NCBI GenBank assembly: GCA_965657465.1
Contig: CBFHOT010000003.1
Location: forward strand, 1,460-65,459
Direction: 5' to 3'
DNA: 64,000 nt
DNA from: Cyanobacteriota bacterium
GTDB taxonomy: Bacteria > Cyanobacteriota > Cyanobacteriia > PCC-6307 > Cyanobiaceae
Shown here one piece after another: positions 22,074 to 32,292 of this stretch (positions within the stretch are counted from its first letter, which is position 1; the number at the start of each line of letters is the position of its first letter). A program made the translations under genes and the position numbers. A model generated the notes under the pieces. It saw nothing but the letters and a program-made list of their open reading frames with translations, was not told the DNA's origin and searched no databases.

Positions 22074-23555
22074 TTGAGCCCCACCCGCTGCGACTGGCCG
22101 GACCTGGAGCGTCAGCTGCGCCGCCTGCTGCCGTCCCGGGCGGTGGTGGCCGCCCGCCAGGAGCTGCTGGCCTACGACTGCGACGGCCTGACGCTGCAGC
22201 GCCATCAGCCGCCGCTGGTGGTGCTGCCGGAAACCACCGAGCAGGTGGCGGCGGTGCTGCGCCTCTGTCATGAGCGCGGTGTGCCGTTTGTGGCGCGCGG
22301 CAGCGGCACCGGCCTCTCCGGCGGTGCGGTGGCTGAAACCGAGGCCCTGGTGGTGGCCACCAGCCGCATGCGGCGCGTGCTGGCGGTGGATCTGCCCAAC
22401 CGCCGCGTGGTGGTGCAGCCCGGCGTGATCAACAGCTGGGTGACGCGGGCGGTGGCCGGCGATGGCTTCTATTACGCCCCCGATCCCTCCAGCCAGGTGG
22501 CCTGCAGCGTGGGCGGCAACGTGGCCGAGAACTCCGGCGGTGTGCACTGCCTGAAATACGGCGTGACCAGCAACCACGTGCTGGAGCTGGAGGTGGTGCT
22601 GCCGGACGGCACGATCACCACCCTCGGCAGCGGCCTCGACGAGACCCCCGAGCTGGATCTGCGCGGGGCCTTCATCGGCAGCGAGGGCACCCTCGGCATC
22701 GCCACCGCCATCACCCTGCGGCTGCTGCGCGCCCCCCAGTGCGTGGCGGTGCTGCTGGCGGATTTCACCTCGATGGAGGCCGCCGGCGAGGCCGTGCGCC
22801 GCGTCACCGCCGCCGGGGTGCTGCCGGCCGGGATGGAGATGATGGATCGCCTCACGATCGAGGCGGTGGACGACTACCTCGGCGCCGAGGAATACCCGCG
22901 TGACGCCGCGGCGGTGCTGTTGATCGAACTCGACGGTCAGCAGCGGGAGGTGGCGGCCGCTGCCGAGCTGGCCACCGCCCTCTGCCGTGAGGCCGGCGCC
23001 CGCCAGGTGCGCCAGGCTTGGGATGACGCTGAGCGGGCGCTGCTGTGGAAGGGGCGCAAGTCGGCGATTTCGGCCCTGGGGCGCAGCTTCCCTAACTATT
23101 ACCTCCAGGATGGCGTGGTGCCCCGCAGCGTCCTGCCGCAGGTGCTCGCGGCGATCGATGCCCTCAGCGCCAGCCATGGCCTGCCGGTGGCCAACGTGTT
23201 CCACGCCGGCGACGGCAATCTGCATCCGCTGATCCTGTATCGCGACGGCGATCCCGGGGTGCGGCAGCGGGTGCAGGAGCTGGGGGCGGCGATCCTGCTG
23301 CTGTGCGTGGAGGCCGGCGGCAGCATCAGTGGCGAGCACGGTGTGGGCAGCGACAAGCGCTGCTACCTCGACTGGATGTACAGCCCCGATGATCTGGCGA
23401 CGATGCAGTTGCTGCGTCGTGCCTTCGACCCCCAGGGGCTGGCCAATCCCGGCAAGATCTTCCCCACCCCGCGCAGCTGCGCTGAATCAGCCCGGCGGGT
23501 GCAGGTGCTGCAGGCCGCGGGGGTGCGGCTGCCCGAGGAGGCAGTGGTCTTCTGA
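22074..23555 (+). CDS. glcD: Glycolate oxidase subunit GlcD (FAD-linked oxidase)
   Basis: [42 protein letters not shown]. Confidence 0.9.
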   Translation: MSPTRCDWPDLERQLRRLLPSRAVVAARQELLAYDCDGLTLQRHQPPLVVLPETTEQVAAVLRLCHERGVPFVARGSGTGLSGGAVAETEALVVATSRMRRVLAVDLPNRRVVVQPGVINSWVTRAVAGDGFYYAPDPSSQVACSVGGNVAENSGGVHCLKYGVTSNHVLELEVVLPDGTITTLGSGLDETPELDLRGAFIGSEGTLGIATAITLRLLRAPQCVAVLLADFTSMEAAGEAVRRVTAAGVLPAGMEMMDRLTIEAVDDYLGAEEYPRDAAAVLLIELDGQQREVAAAAELATALCREAGARQVRQAWDDAERALLWKGRKSAISALGRSFPNYYLQDGVVPRSVLPQVLAAIDALSASHGLPVANVFHAGDGNLHPLILYRDGDPGVRQRVQELGAAILLLCVEAGGSISGEHGVGSDKRCYLDWMYSPDDLATMQLLRRAFDPQGLANPGKIFPTPRSCAESARRVQVLQAAGVRLPEEAVVF

Positions 23556-23594
23556 GGTGGCCGAGGGGCGACCCATCAGCCTCCTCAGACCCAA

Positions 23595-24446
23595 TCAGAG
23601 CCAGCTGCCGTCGTCCTCGCCGTCTCCCTCTGCGTCCTCGTCCTCCGCGGGGGGCCAGGCCAGGTTCACCACCACCGGCGCGTGGTCGCTCGGCTGCAGC
23701 TGCCCGCGGGTGGCTTTGTGGATCACGCAGCCGCTGGCCAGCTCCAGCAGCTCCTGCTCCAGATAGATGTGATCGATGCGCCAGCCCCGATCCCGCTCCC
23801 AGGCGCCGCTGCGGTAATCCCACCAGCTCCAGTGGCCGCTGTCCGGCTCGAACAGCCGGAACACATCCTGCAGCCGCTCCCCCAGCACCGCCTGCAGCGC
23901 CTGTCGCTCCGGTTCACTGGCCATGATGCCGCCGGTCTGGCGGTCGGGATCGGGGAGATCGCGCGCCTCCGGACCGATGTTGAAATCGCCCAGCATCACC
24001 AGCGGTTCCCCCTGCTGCTCCTGCACCGCCAGGTAGCGCGTCAGGCAGGCCAGCCACTCCAACTTGTAGGGGTACTTCTCGCTCTTCAGGGAGCTGCCGT
24101 TGGGCACATAGAGGTTGAGGATGCGCAGCCCTTCGATGCGGGCGCTGATCACCCGTTTCTGCTCACCCAGCCGCTCGGCCTCCGGATCGCCCGGCAGCAG
24201 CGCGGCAAAGCCGATCTGCACGTCTTCGAGGGGCAGCCGGCTGAGGATCGCCACGCCGTTGTAGGCCTTCTGGCCGCTGATGGCGGTGCGGTAGCCGAGC
24301 TCTTCGAAGGCCTGATGGGGAAACAGGGGATCGTCCACCTTGGTCTCCTGCAGGCAGAGCACGTCGGGCGCTTCCTGCTGCAGCCAGCTGCGCACCTGCT
24401 CCAGCCGGGTGCGCACGGAGTTGACGTTCCAGCTGGCGATGCGCAT
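23595..24446 (-). CDS. xth: Exodeoxyribonuclease III
   Basis: MRIASWNVNS, LQETK, YVPNG, GDFNI, WRIDH, SDHAP. Confidence 0.96.
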   Translation of the reverse strand: MRIASWNVNSVRTRLEQVRSWLQQEAPDVLCLQETKVDDPLFPHQAFEELGYRTAISGQKAYNGVAILSRLPLEDVQIGFAALLPGDPEAERLGEQKRVISARIEGLRILNLYVPNGSSLKSEKYPYKLEWLACLTRYLAVQEQQGEPLVMLGDFNIGPEARDLPDPDRQTGGIMASEPERQALQAVLGERLQDVFRLFEPDSGHWSWWDYRSGAWERDRGWRIDHIYLEQELLELASGCVIHKATRGQLQPSDHAPVVVNLAWPPAEDEDAEGDGEDDGSWL

Positions 24447-24564
24447 GGCGGCCCCGGGCACAGGCCGGCGATCCTGCCAGCTGCCGCTGCCCACTCCGGT
24501 CCTGGCGCGGCCCCCATCGGTGCCGGCAGGCGTCAGGATGAGAGGGATGGATCGTCGCGCTGCC

Positions 24565-24933
24565 ATGGCCACCGCTCCGCGTCGCGTGTGGGTTCCGCTT
24601 CGTAAGCCAGCCCTGCTCTGCCGGCCCACTGCGCGGCGCCCGCTGGTTCCGCTAGCGCTCTGGCTGGGACTGCTGGCCGCCGCTGCCCCGCTGGCCAACC
24701 CGGCCGCAGCCCAGGAGGCCGGCTACGGCCAGACGCTCAATTCGCCGCAGCAGCAGCGCGAGCTCGACTACGGCACCGGCCCGGCCCGCAACACCGTGCT
24801 CGATGCCACCAATCCGATCGACCTGATGAATCGGCTGCAGCGGGCGACCGCCATGGACGACGCCACGCCGCCGGCTGATGCCATCGATGCGGCCCTGAGG
24901 GATTTCCAGAACCAGCCGGTGAAGGCCCCCTGA
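24565..24933 (+). CDS. Hypothetical exported protein
   Basis: Signal-like hydrophobic stretch ending AAA-Q; LDATNPIDLMNRLQRA..MDDATPP core. Confidence 0.7.
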   Translation: MATAPRRVWVPLRKPALLCRPTARRPLVPLALWLGLLAAAAPLANPAAAQEAGYGQTLNSPQQQRELDYGTGPARNTVLDATNPIDLMNRLQRATAMDDATPPADAIDAALRDFQNQPVKAP

Positions 24934-24996
24934 GGCCGCCCCGCTCAGCCGCTGCTCCGGCTCGCTGAGCCGCCCCCTCGGGCGGCGCTGGCGGCC

Positions 24997-25929
24997 TCAG
25001 CGCGTGGCGGCGGCTGGGTCGGTGGCTGCTGGAGTCGTGGCTGGTGGATTGGTTGTGGCCGGATTGGTTGCCGGCTGGTTGGTGGCGGCCGGATCTGCCG
25101 CTGCTGGATCGGTGCTGCCCGCCGTCGCGGCGCTACTGGCTGCTGGCTTGAGCGCCTGCAATCCCCAGGCGGCGGCGACCCGGTCGAGCTCGGCCTGGGC
25201 CTTGGGGTCGTTCTGGCGGCTGCGGGCTTCGCTGAGGCTGCGCTGGGCGCCGCTGCGGTCGCCCCGCTCCTGCTGCAGCAAGGCCCGGGCCAGCAGTGGC
25301 CGTGGATCGGCGGGAAAGCGGGTGCTGACCCGGATCAGGGTGGCTTCGGCGGCGCCCGCCTGGCCGCGGCGCTGCTGCAGATCCGCCAGCAGCAGACCGA
25401 TCGCCAGCGCCTCCGGTTTCAGCTGCGGTTCGCTCTGGCGCTTCCAGGCCGCCTCCAGCTGCTGCTGGGCCTGCTCCGCCCGGCCCGATTCCAGCTGCAG
25501 CAGCGTCATCAGCTGCAGGGCCTCAATCTGGTCGGGGCGCTGATGCAGCAGTTGGCGCAGCTCCCGCTCGGCGCCGGCACGGTCCTGCTGGTCGCGGCGC
25601 AGCTCCGCCAGCAGCAGCCGCAGGCTCCAGCGCTGCGGTTGCTGATCCGCCAGGCGCTCCAGCAGCGGCACGGCCTCCTGGCGCCGCTCGAGGCCCACCA
25701 GCAGCTCCAGCAGCCGCTGCTGCTCGGCGCTGCTGGCCTGCCCCGCCGCCTGGCGGCGTTGCAGCTGCTGCAGCTCGCGCTCAAGCCGGGCCTGTGGGTT
25801 GGTGCTGCCCTGGCCGCTGCCGTGGCGATCGCCCAGCCACCAGCCCAGCCCCAGGCTGGCCATCGCCAGGGCCGCCAGGCCCAGCGCCAGGGCCAGCCGC
25901 CCGGTTGCGCGGTTGGGAGTGGCAGCCAT
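24997..25929 (-). CDS. Tetratricopeptide-repeat protein with N-terminal membrane anchor
   Basis: Helical Leu/Ala/Gln-rich repeats punctuated by Pro; N-terminal TM; low-complexity tail. Confidence 0.75.
   Translation of the reverse strand: MAATPNRATGRLALALGLAALAMASLGLGWWLGDRHGSGQGSTNPQARLERELQQLQRRQAAGQASSAEQQRLLELLVGLERRQEAVPLLERLADQQPQRWSLRLLLAELRRDQQDRAGAERELRQLLHQRPDQIEALQLMTLLQLESGRAEQAQQQLEAAWKRQSEPQLKPEALAIGLLLADLQQRRGQAGAAEATLIRVSTRFPADPRPLLARALLQQERGDRSGAQRSLSEARSRQNDPKAQAELDRVAAAWGLQALKPAASSAATAGSTDPAAADPAATNQPATNPATTNPPATTPAATDPAAATR
25003..25113 (-). repeat. Degenerate 15-nt (5-aa) tandem repeat in the TPR protein tail
   Basis: TDPAA-ADPAA-TNQPA-TNPAT-TNPPA-TTPAA-TDPAA. Confidence 0.75.
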
Positions 25930-25999
25930 CGGCGCCGGCGTGGGATGGGCCATCAGTCTGCCCGGACCCGCCCGGGCTCGAGGCCTTTACATTGGCCCG

Positions 26000-26944
26000 A
26001 TGCGCCCCCACCCCATCCCCCCGGTCACCGAGCCCCTGCAGTACCGGGCCATCGGCGTCGTGCGCGGCACCTATGTGCCGGCCGATGCGGATCAGCTCAC
26101 CCGCGGTGTGATCCGCACCGACGACGGCGACGAGCTGGAAGCGGTGGTCCTCGGCCGGTTGCTGACGCTGATGCGTCGCCATCTCGACCTGGCCCTGCCC
26201 CATCTCTGGGTGGTCTATCCCCGCTGCCGCGAGGAAGGCGGTCTGCATCTGCAGATGGTTGGCGTCTGGGAACCGAGCACCCTGGCTGCCACCCAGGTGG
26301 CCACCGAGCGGCCCGCCGCGGCGGGCCCGGAGGCTGAGCTGCCTGAGGCCGAGACTGCTGCCAGCGCTGCTGTTGCTGACGCGGCGGCGGTCGACGCGGA
26401 TGCGGCGGATGCGGTTCCAGCAGCTGAGGCTGCAGCTGAGCCGGCGGCTGCCGAGCCCGCCTCCGCGCCGATCACCTCCTGCGGCGATGCCCTGCCGGAG
26501 GGCGACAACTACTTCTCCGTGCGCGGCGAGCTCGTTTACACCCGCCCTGAAGACGCTCAGCTGGTGGTGAAGGTGCGCCAGCTGCCCCGCGCCGATGGCC
26601 AGCGGCCGGCTCCCTTCAAGATTCAGCTCAGCGGCGCCGTTCCCCTGGAGCATCTGCGTCACTTCGTCTCGCTGCAGGTTCGTCGTGAGGGGCAGCAGCT
26701 GCAGGTGCAGGACCTGGAGGTGATCGCACCGGTGGCCCAGCGGGGCAACCGCGGCGGCAAGGGCCGGCGCGATGGTCGTCGGGGCGGTGCGGCTCCTCGG
26801 GGTGGCGGTGCTGGCCGCTCAGGTGCCGGTGGAGCCGGCGGTGGCGCCCGCCGCGAGGGGCGTGATGGCCGCTCCGCCCCCGAGGCGCGATCCGAATCGC
26901 GTCCCGGCTCCAGCCGTTCCGCCATCAGCCGCCCCAGCCGCTGA
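26000..26944 (+). CDS. Conserved cyanobacterial-type hypothetical protein
   Basis: MRPHPIPPVTEPLQYRAIG..HLWVVYPR..GVWEP, Ala-rich linker, YFSVRGE, Gly/Arg-rich tail. Confidence 0.8.
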   Translation: MRPHPIPPVTEPLQYRAIGVVRGTYVPADADQLTRGVIRTDDGDELEAVVLGRLLTLMRRHLDLALPHLWVVYPRCREEGGLHLQMVGVWEPSTLAATQVATERPAAAGPEAELPEAETAASAAVADAAAVDADAADAVPAAEAAAEPAAAEPASAPITSCGDALPEGDNYFSVRGELVYTRPEDAQLVVKVRQLPRADGQRPAPFKIQLSGAVPLEHLRHFVSLQVRREGQQLQVQDLEVIAPVAQRGNRGGKGRRDGRRGGAAPRGGGAGRSGAGGAGGGARREGRDGRSAPEARSESRPGSSRSAISRPSR

Positions 26945-26946
26945 CC

Positions 26947-27750
26947 ATGGCCTTCTGGGCGGCCACCAGCGGCACCTGGATCAATCTCGCCACGGTGCTG
27001 GCTGGATGCCTGCTGGGGGCTCGGCTGCTCGATCGCCTGCAGCCCTCCCTGGCCCAGCAGTGGCGTCGCTGGCTCGGGCTGATCACCTTGTTGCTGGCCA
27101 TTCGCATGGTGCAGCCGCTCTGGCAGCAGCAGCTCGGCGCTCTGCCGGCGGTGCTGCCGGCCCTGGTCACCCTCGTGCTCGGCGCCAGCCTCGGCCAGTG
27201 GTGGCAGCTGGATCAGCGCCTGCGCCGCTGGCTCTGCCGCTTTCAGCCATCCTCCGGCGCTGGGCCGCAGCGCTCTGCTGCCGGACCCGCTGCCGCTGAT
27301 CGATCCGGCCCAGAGGCGGTGGCCCCCGAGCGCGATGTGGCCGATGTGTTGGCCGGCACGTTCGTGCTGTTCTGCGTTGGGCCGATGACGCTGCTGGGCT
27401 GCCTGCGCAATGGTGCCCTCGGCGAACCGGATCTGCTGCTGGTGAAGGCCTGCCTGGATGGTCTGAGCGCTGCGCTGCTCGCCTCCGGCATCGGCCTGGC
27501 CCTCGCCTGGGTGCTGCTGCCGATGGCGGTGCTGCAGCTCAGCCTCTGCGGCGCCGGCGTGTTGCTGGCCGGCGGTCTGCCCGACCCGATGGCGTCGCCG
27601 GCACTGCTGTTCAGCTCCGCCCTCGGCGGTGTGCTTGTGCTGGCCCTGGCCCTGGAGCTGCTCGATCTGCCCCATCCCAGCAGCGTCAACGCGCTGCCGG
27701 CCTTGCTCCTGGCGCCCCTGGTGGGCTCCACCCTCAGCCTCAGCCCATGA
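26947..27750 (+). CDS. DUF554 family membrane protein
   Basis: GTWINLATV, LFCVGPMTLLG, LLVKACLDG. Confidence 0.85.
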   Translation: MAFWAATSGTWINLATVLAGCLLGARLLDRLQPSLAQQWRRWLGLITLLLAIRMVQPLWQQQLGALPAVLPALVTLVLGASLGQWWQLDQRLRRWLCRFQPSSGAGPQRSAAGPAAADRSGPEAVAPERDVADVLAGTFVLFCVGPMTLLGCLRNGALGEPDLLLVKACLDGLSAALLASGIGLALAWVLLPMAVLQLSLCGAGVLLAGGLPDPMASPALLFSSALGGVLVLALALELLDLPHPSSVNALPALLLAPLVGSTLSLSP

Positions 27751-28415
27751 CCTCCCCCCTCGCCGCCGGTGTTGCCGTCGCTCTGATCAGCCTGCTGGCG
27801 GTGGTGGGTCCGCTGCTGGGCCTCTCCCCCTGGTTGATCACCCTGGCGGTGGGGCTGGTGCTGACGGCGCTCACCGTGGATGCCGCCCGCTTCTCCGGCC
27901 GCGGCGGCCACCTGCTGGCCGAGGCTCTCCCTGGTGGTGAGGCCCGGCTGCGGCGCATCGCCGTGCATGAGGCTGGGCATCTGCTGATCGCCGAGGCGGA
28001 GCAGCTGCCGGTGCAGCGGGTGCTGGTGGGCAACCTGGCCTGCCTGCAGGCCGGTCTGGTGGCCGCCGGCAGCACCGAATTCGAGCCGCCCGCCCAGGCC
28101 AAGCTGCCCCTGGAGCAGCTGCGCCGCTGGAGCCGGGTGCTGCAGGCCGGCATGGCGGCTGAACAGCTGCTCTACGGCTCCAGCCTCGGCGGCGCCGATG
28201 ATCGCGCCCTGCTTGGCCGCATCTGGGGGCTGTCCGGCCACGATGTGGACACCGCCCAGCGGGAGCAGCGCCGGGCCCGCCGCGAGATCGACCAGGCTCT
28301 GCGCGCTGCGCGGCCACAACTGGAGGCAGAGGCGGAGCGGCTGCTGGCGGCGGCACCGCGTCTGGGCCGGCGCCCAGCGGCCGCGGCCGCCGAGAGCGCC
28401 CCGGCCAACCCCTGA
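27747..28415 (+). CDS. FtsH/M41-like Zn-peptidase domain protein without AAA domain
   Basis: RIAVHEAGH, AGMAAE, GGADD; N-terminal TM helices. Confidence 0.75.
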   Translation: MTSPLAAGVAVALISLLAVVGPLLGLSPWLITLAVGLVLTALTVDAARFSGRGGHLLAEALPGGEARLRRIAVHEAGHLLIAEAEQLPVQRVLVGNLACLQAGLVAAGSTEFEPPAQAKLPLEQLRRWSRVLQAGMAAEQLLYGSSLGGADDRALLGRIWGLSGHDVDTAQREQRRARREIDQALRAARPQLEAEAERLLAAAPRLGRRPAAAAAESAPANP

Positions 28416-28424
28416 GATGGCGCG

Positions 28425-29675
28425 ATGACGCTGGCCCTGATCGATTGCCCCACGGGCCTGGCCGGCAACATGCTGCTGGCGGCGCTGCTGGATCTGGGCC
28501 TGCCCGAGGCGGTGCTGCACGAACCGCTGGCGGCCCTGGGCCTGCAGGGGGCCTACCGGCTGGAGATCGAGGAGCGGCGCAGCGCGGGCCTGCGCGGCCT
28601 GCATCTGGCGGTGATCGGCCTGGAAGCGGAGCCGCCGGCGCGCCAGTGGGGCGCGCTGCGCCGCCTGCTGGAGCAGGCGCCCCTGGCTGAGCCGTTGCGC
28701 CGGCGGGTGCTGGCGGTGTTCACCCTGCTCGCCGAGGCCGAAGCCGCTGTGCATGGCCATCCGCCGGAGCGGGTGCACTTCCATGAAGTGGGGGCGATCG
28801 ATGCCCTGGTGGATGTGGTGGGCGTCTGCGCCGGCCTGCTGCACTTCGGCGTTGATCGCCTGATCTGTCTGCCGCCGCCCGCCGGCCACGGCCAGGTGGC
28901 CACGGCCCATGGCCTGCTGCCGGTGCCGGTGCCGGCGGTGCTGGAGATCGCCCGTCGCTGCTGCGTCCCCCTGGCCAGCAGCGAGGGCCTGCCCGCCGTG
29001 GAGCTCACCACCCCCACCGGTCTGGCCCTGGCGGCGGGCTGGGCCGAGGCCTTCGCTTTGCCGCCGGCCCACCGGCCCCTGCAGGTGGGTGTGGGGCTCG
29101 GCAGCCGCCGGCTCGATCGCCCCAACCTGCTGCGGCTGGTGCTGGCGGAGCCCCTCGAGGCCTCACCGTCCCAGGCTCCGGGTTTGCCTGGGGAGCAGCC
29201 CCCCGAACCGTTGCTGGTGCAGCAGGCCCAGATCGATGACGCCACGCCGGAGGATCTGGCCCATCTGCTGGCGGCCCTGCGCCGCGCTGGCGCTCTGGAG
29301 GCCTTCTGCCAGCCGCTGACGATGAAGAAGGGGCGGCCGGGTTGGCTGCTCACCGCCCTGACGCGGCCCGGTGCACCGGCTGCCAGCCTGCGCCAGGTGT
29401 GGTGGCAGCACAGCAGCAGCCTGGGGCTGCGGGAGCATCTGCAGCAGCGCTGGTGTCTGCCGCGCCGCAGCCAGGAGCTGTCCACGCCGCTGGGGCCGGT
29501 GCGGATCAAGTGGGCCTTGCTGCCCGATGGCCGCTGGCGCAGCAAGCCGGAGCACGATGATCTGGTGGCCCTGGCGGAACGCCATGGGCTGGCTCTGGAT
29601 CAGGTTCGTGCCACTGTGCTGCAGGCCCTGGACCCGCTGGACGCGCCGGGGCCAGCCTCTGCATCCGAAGGCTGA
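28425..29675 (+). CDS. larC: Nickel insertion protein LarC family
   Basis: GLAGNMLL, VHFHEVGAIDALVD, HGLLPVPVPA, ELTTPTG, MKKGRPG, KPEHDD. Confidence 0.92.
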   Translation: MTLALIDCPTGLAGNMLLAALLDLGLPEAVLHEPLAALGLQGAYRLEIEERRSAGLRGLHLAVIGLEAEPPARQWGALRRLLEQAPLAEPLRRRVLAVFTLLAEAEAAVHGHPPERVHFHEVGAIDALVDVVGVCAGLLHFGVDRLICLPPPAGHGQVATAHGLLPVPVPAVLEIARRCCVPLASSEGLPAVELTTPTGLALAAGWAEAFALPPAHRPLQVGVGLGSRRLDRPNLLRLVLAEPLEASPSQAPGLPGEQPPEPLLVQQAQIDDATPEDLAHLLAALRRAGALEAFCQPLTMKKGRPGWLLTALTRPGAPAASLRQVWWQHSSSLGLREHLQQRWCLPRRSQELSTPLGPVRIKWALLPDGRWRSKPEHDDLVALAERHGLALDQVRATVLQALDPLDAPGPASASEG

Positions 29676-29697
29676 TCCCCCAAGGCTGATCCCCGCC

Positions 29698-30762
29698 ATG
29701 CCGTTGTCTCAACCGATTCAGGCCCTGCTGCGGTCGCTGGCCTCCTGCTGGGAGCAGCTCCGGCGATGGCTGCCCAGATCGCTGCCGGCCTGGTGCGCGC
29801 TCGATCGCCTGGCCCAGCGCTTGCCGTGGTCCCGCTTGCCCCAGCTGCCCCCCCTCCCGGGCGGCTCCTCGCTGTGGATCAGCCTGCTCAGCTTCGGCTT
29901 CCTGCTGGCGGCCCTGGTGGGCCATGGCCGCCAGATGCTGCAGCTCTCCCTCGATCCCCAGGGCTGGTGGTGGCTGCTGCTGGGCGTCGGCATCAGCCTG
30001 CTGAGCCTGGTGGTCAACGGCCTGGGCCTGGGGTTGGTGCTGCGCTGGTTTGGTTTTGTGCCCCGTTGGCCGGCCCTGGTGGCGCTGTATCTGGATACCA
30101 ACCTGCGCAAGTACCTGCCCGGTGGCATCTGGCATCTCACCAGCCGGGTGGAGCGCCTGCGCAGCCCCGAGGCGCCGCTGCGCCAGCCGGCGGGGCTGGC
30201 GCTGGCGCTGGCGGCGGTGGTGTTCGATCCGCTGGTGGCCGCTGCCGCGGCCCTGGCCCTGGTGCCCCTGGGGGGCTGGCAGGCGGGCCTGGCGCTGCTG
30301 GCACCGGCAGCCCTGCTGCTGCTCACACCCCGCTGGCTGCAGCCCCTGCTGCTGCGGCTGGAGCAGCGCCAGGCGCGGCGCCTGCAGCTGGAGCCCCCCG
30401 CCGCCCTGGCCCTGCCCGCCTATCCCCTGCAACCCCTGCTGGCCCAGCTGCTGTTCGTGCTGCTGCGCTTCGCCGGCTTCGGTTGCTGCGTGCTCGCCTT
30501 TGATCTACAGGCCAGCCTGGGCTGGACCGACTGGCTTGCCGGCTTCGCCCTGGCCTGGACGATCGGCCTGGTGGTGCCCGGTGCCCCCGGTGGCCTCGGC
30601 GTGTTCGAGGCGGCCCTGCTGCTGCGCTTCAGCGGGTCGATCCCGGAGGCGGCGCTGCTGGCGGTTGCCCTCAGCTACCGGTTGATCGTGAGCCTGGCCG
30701 ATCTGCTGGCCGCCGCCCTGGTGCGCCTCGACGGCTGGATCGATCAGCGGCTGGCGGCGTAG
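29698..30762 (+). CDS. Lysylphosphatidylglycerol synthase TM-like (UPF0104) membrane protein
   Basis: KYLPGGIW, PGAPGGLGVFE, LSYRLI; start uncertain. Confidence 0.82.
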   Translation: MPLSQPIQALLRSLASCWEQLRRWLPRSLPAWCALDRLAQRLPWSRLPQLPPLPGGSSLWISLLSFGFLLAALVGHGRQMLQLSLDPQGWWWLLLGVGISLLSLVVNGLGLGLVLRWFGFVPRWPALVALYLDTNLRKYLPGGIWHLTSRVERLRSPEAPLRQPAGLALALAAVVFDPLVAAAAALALVPLGGWQAGLALLAPAALLLLTPRWLQPLLLRLEQRQARRLQLEPPAALALPAYPLQPLLAQLLFVLLRFAGFGCCVLAFDLQASLGWTDWLAGFALAWTIGLVVPGAPGGLGVFEAALLLRFSGSIPEAALLAVALSYRLIVSLADLLAAALVRLDGWIDQRLAA

Positions 30763-31688
30763 CGCTCCAGGTGGCCGGCCAGGGTCTGCACCAGCCGCTG
30801 GCGCGCCTGGCGCGACGCCCAGCCCATGTGGGGGCTGAGCAGCAGGTTCGGCACCGTCAGCAGCGGCTCCAGTTCGGCCCCCGGGGGCTCCTGCTCGAGC
30901 ACATCCAGGGCGGCGCCGGCCAGGCGCCCCTGCCGCAGCGCTGCCGTCAGGGCCTCCAGCTCCACCAGGCCGCCGCGGGCCATGTTCACCAGCACGGCGG
31001 AGGGCTTCAGCCAGCTCAGCCGCTCGGCGTTGATCAGCCCGCGGGTGGCGGCATTGAGCGGGGCGTGCAGGCTCACCACATCGGCCTGGCGCAGGGCCTG
31101 CTCCAGGCTGCTGGCGCTGCTGCGGCTGGTGATCCGCTGCACCTCCATGCCGAAGGCCTCCCCCACCGCTGCCACGCCGCCGCCGATGTCGCCGGCCCCC
31201 ACCACCACCAGGCAGCGACCGGCCAGCTCATCGAACTCCGGCTCCACCAGGGCGAACACCGGGCTGCGCTGCCAGTCGCCCTGCCGCAGGCGCTCGCGCC
31301 GCGCCTCCATCCGGCAGCAGAGCTCCAGGATCAGCGCCCAGGTGATCTGCACCACCGAGGGCCGGCTGTAGCGGCCGGCGTTGCACACCGTGATGCCGCG
31401 CTCCCGGCAGGCCTCCAGATCGAGCTGATCGGTGCCGGTGCTGGCGGTGCAGATCAGCCGCAGCCGCGGCAGCTGCCGCAGCAGGGCGCCATCGAGCGGG
31501 ATCTTGTTGGTGATGGCGATCTCTGCCGCAGCCAACCGCTCCAGCCGCTGCTCCGGGGCGGTGCTGGGCCAGGTCTGCAGGCTGCACCAGCGCTGCAGCG
31601 GCGTCAGATCGACGGCGCCGAGGCTGAGGGCATCGAGAAACACCGCCGGCGCAGCCGGGCTGGAGATTGAGGGGTTGGCGGGCTCCAT
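30744..31688 (-). CDS. D-2-hydroxyacid dehydrogenase (glycerate dehydrogenase-like)
   Basis: ITNK, GAGDIG, SLHAPL, VNMARG, LDVL..EP, SPHMGWAS. Confidence 0.9.
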   Translation of the reverse strand: MEPANPSISSPAAPAVFLDALSLGAVDLTPLQRWCSLQTWPSTAPEQRLERLAAAEIAITNKIPLDGALLRQLPRLRLICTASTGTDQLDLEACRERGITVCNAGRYSRPSVVQITWALILELCCRMEARRERLRQGDWQRSPVFALVEPEFDELAGRCLVVVGAGDIGGGVAAVGEAFGMEVQRITSRSSASSLEQALRQADVVSLHAPLNAATRGLINAERLSWLKPSAVLVNMARGGLVELEALTAALRQGRLAGAALDVLEQEPPGAELEPLLTVPNLLLSPHMGWASRQARQRLVQTLAGHLERYAASR

Positions 31689-31735
31689 GGCTGCGCTTCG
31701 CAACTACGCCTATTGTTGAGAAGCCCAGGGACGTT

Positions 31736-32275
31736 GTGGTGCCCCGCTCCCCCAGCGCCTCTCCCAGCAGCCCCATCACCAGCCCTGCCGCCGTCGCGGC
31801 TGCCGGCCCCGCAGCGGCGGCGGCGCCCCTGCCGGCCCCCAGCAGCGATGCGCTGCGCAGCACCCTGCATGACCGCGGCCAGCGCCTCACGCCGCAGCGC
31901 CAGCGGGTGCTGGCCCTGTTTGAGCAGATCGGCGCCGGCACCCACCTCAGCGCCGAGCAGGTGCATCAGCGGTTGCTGGCCCAGGCCGAGAAGGTGTCGC
32001 TGGCCACCGTGTATCGCACCCTGCGGCTGCTGAGCTCGATGGGCCTGCTGCAGGAGCTGGAGCTGCCCGAGGGCGGGCGGCGCTACGAGCTCACCAGCGA
32101 CAGCCACCGCGACCATCACCATCTGGTGTGCGTGCGCTGTGGCCGCACCGAGGAATTCGAGGATGGCGCCGTGCTGCTGGCCGGTGATCAGGCCTGCCTG
32201 CAGCACGGCTTTCACCTGCTGGAGTGCGTGCTCACCGTGCGGGCCGTCTGCCCGCGCTGCGCCCAGCAGGACTGA
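31736..32275 (+). CDS. fur: Ferric uptake regulator (FurA-like)
   Basis: RLTPQR, HLSAE, SLATVYRTL, HHHLVCVRC, CPRC; start uncertain (GTG 31736/31739). Confidence 0.88.
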   Translation: MVPRSPSASPSSPITSPAAVAAAGPAAAAAPLPAPSSDALRSTLHDRGQRLTPQRQRVLALFEQIGAGTHLSAEQVHQRLLAQAEKVSLATVYRTLRLLSSMGLLQELELPEGGRRYELTSDSHRDHHHLVCVRCGRTEEFEDGAVLLAGDQACLQHGFHLLECVLTVRAVCPRCAQQD

Positions 32276-32292
32276 CGCCCTGCGGCGTGGCT

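Noticed and set aside
21822-23339. 944-aa ORF suggesting a large N-terminal fusion on hemL
   Set aside because: The extension is the antisense shadow of glcD; HemL similarity starts near 21821.
31711-31731. Fur autoregulatory box (TTGAGAAG)
   Set aside because: Only a half-site with no inverted partner.
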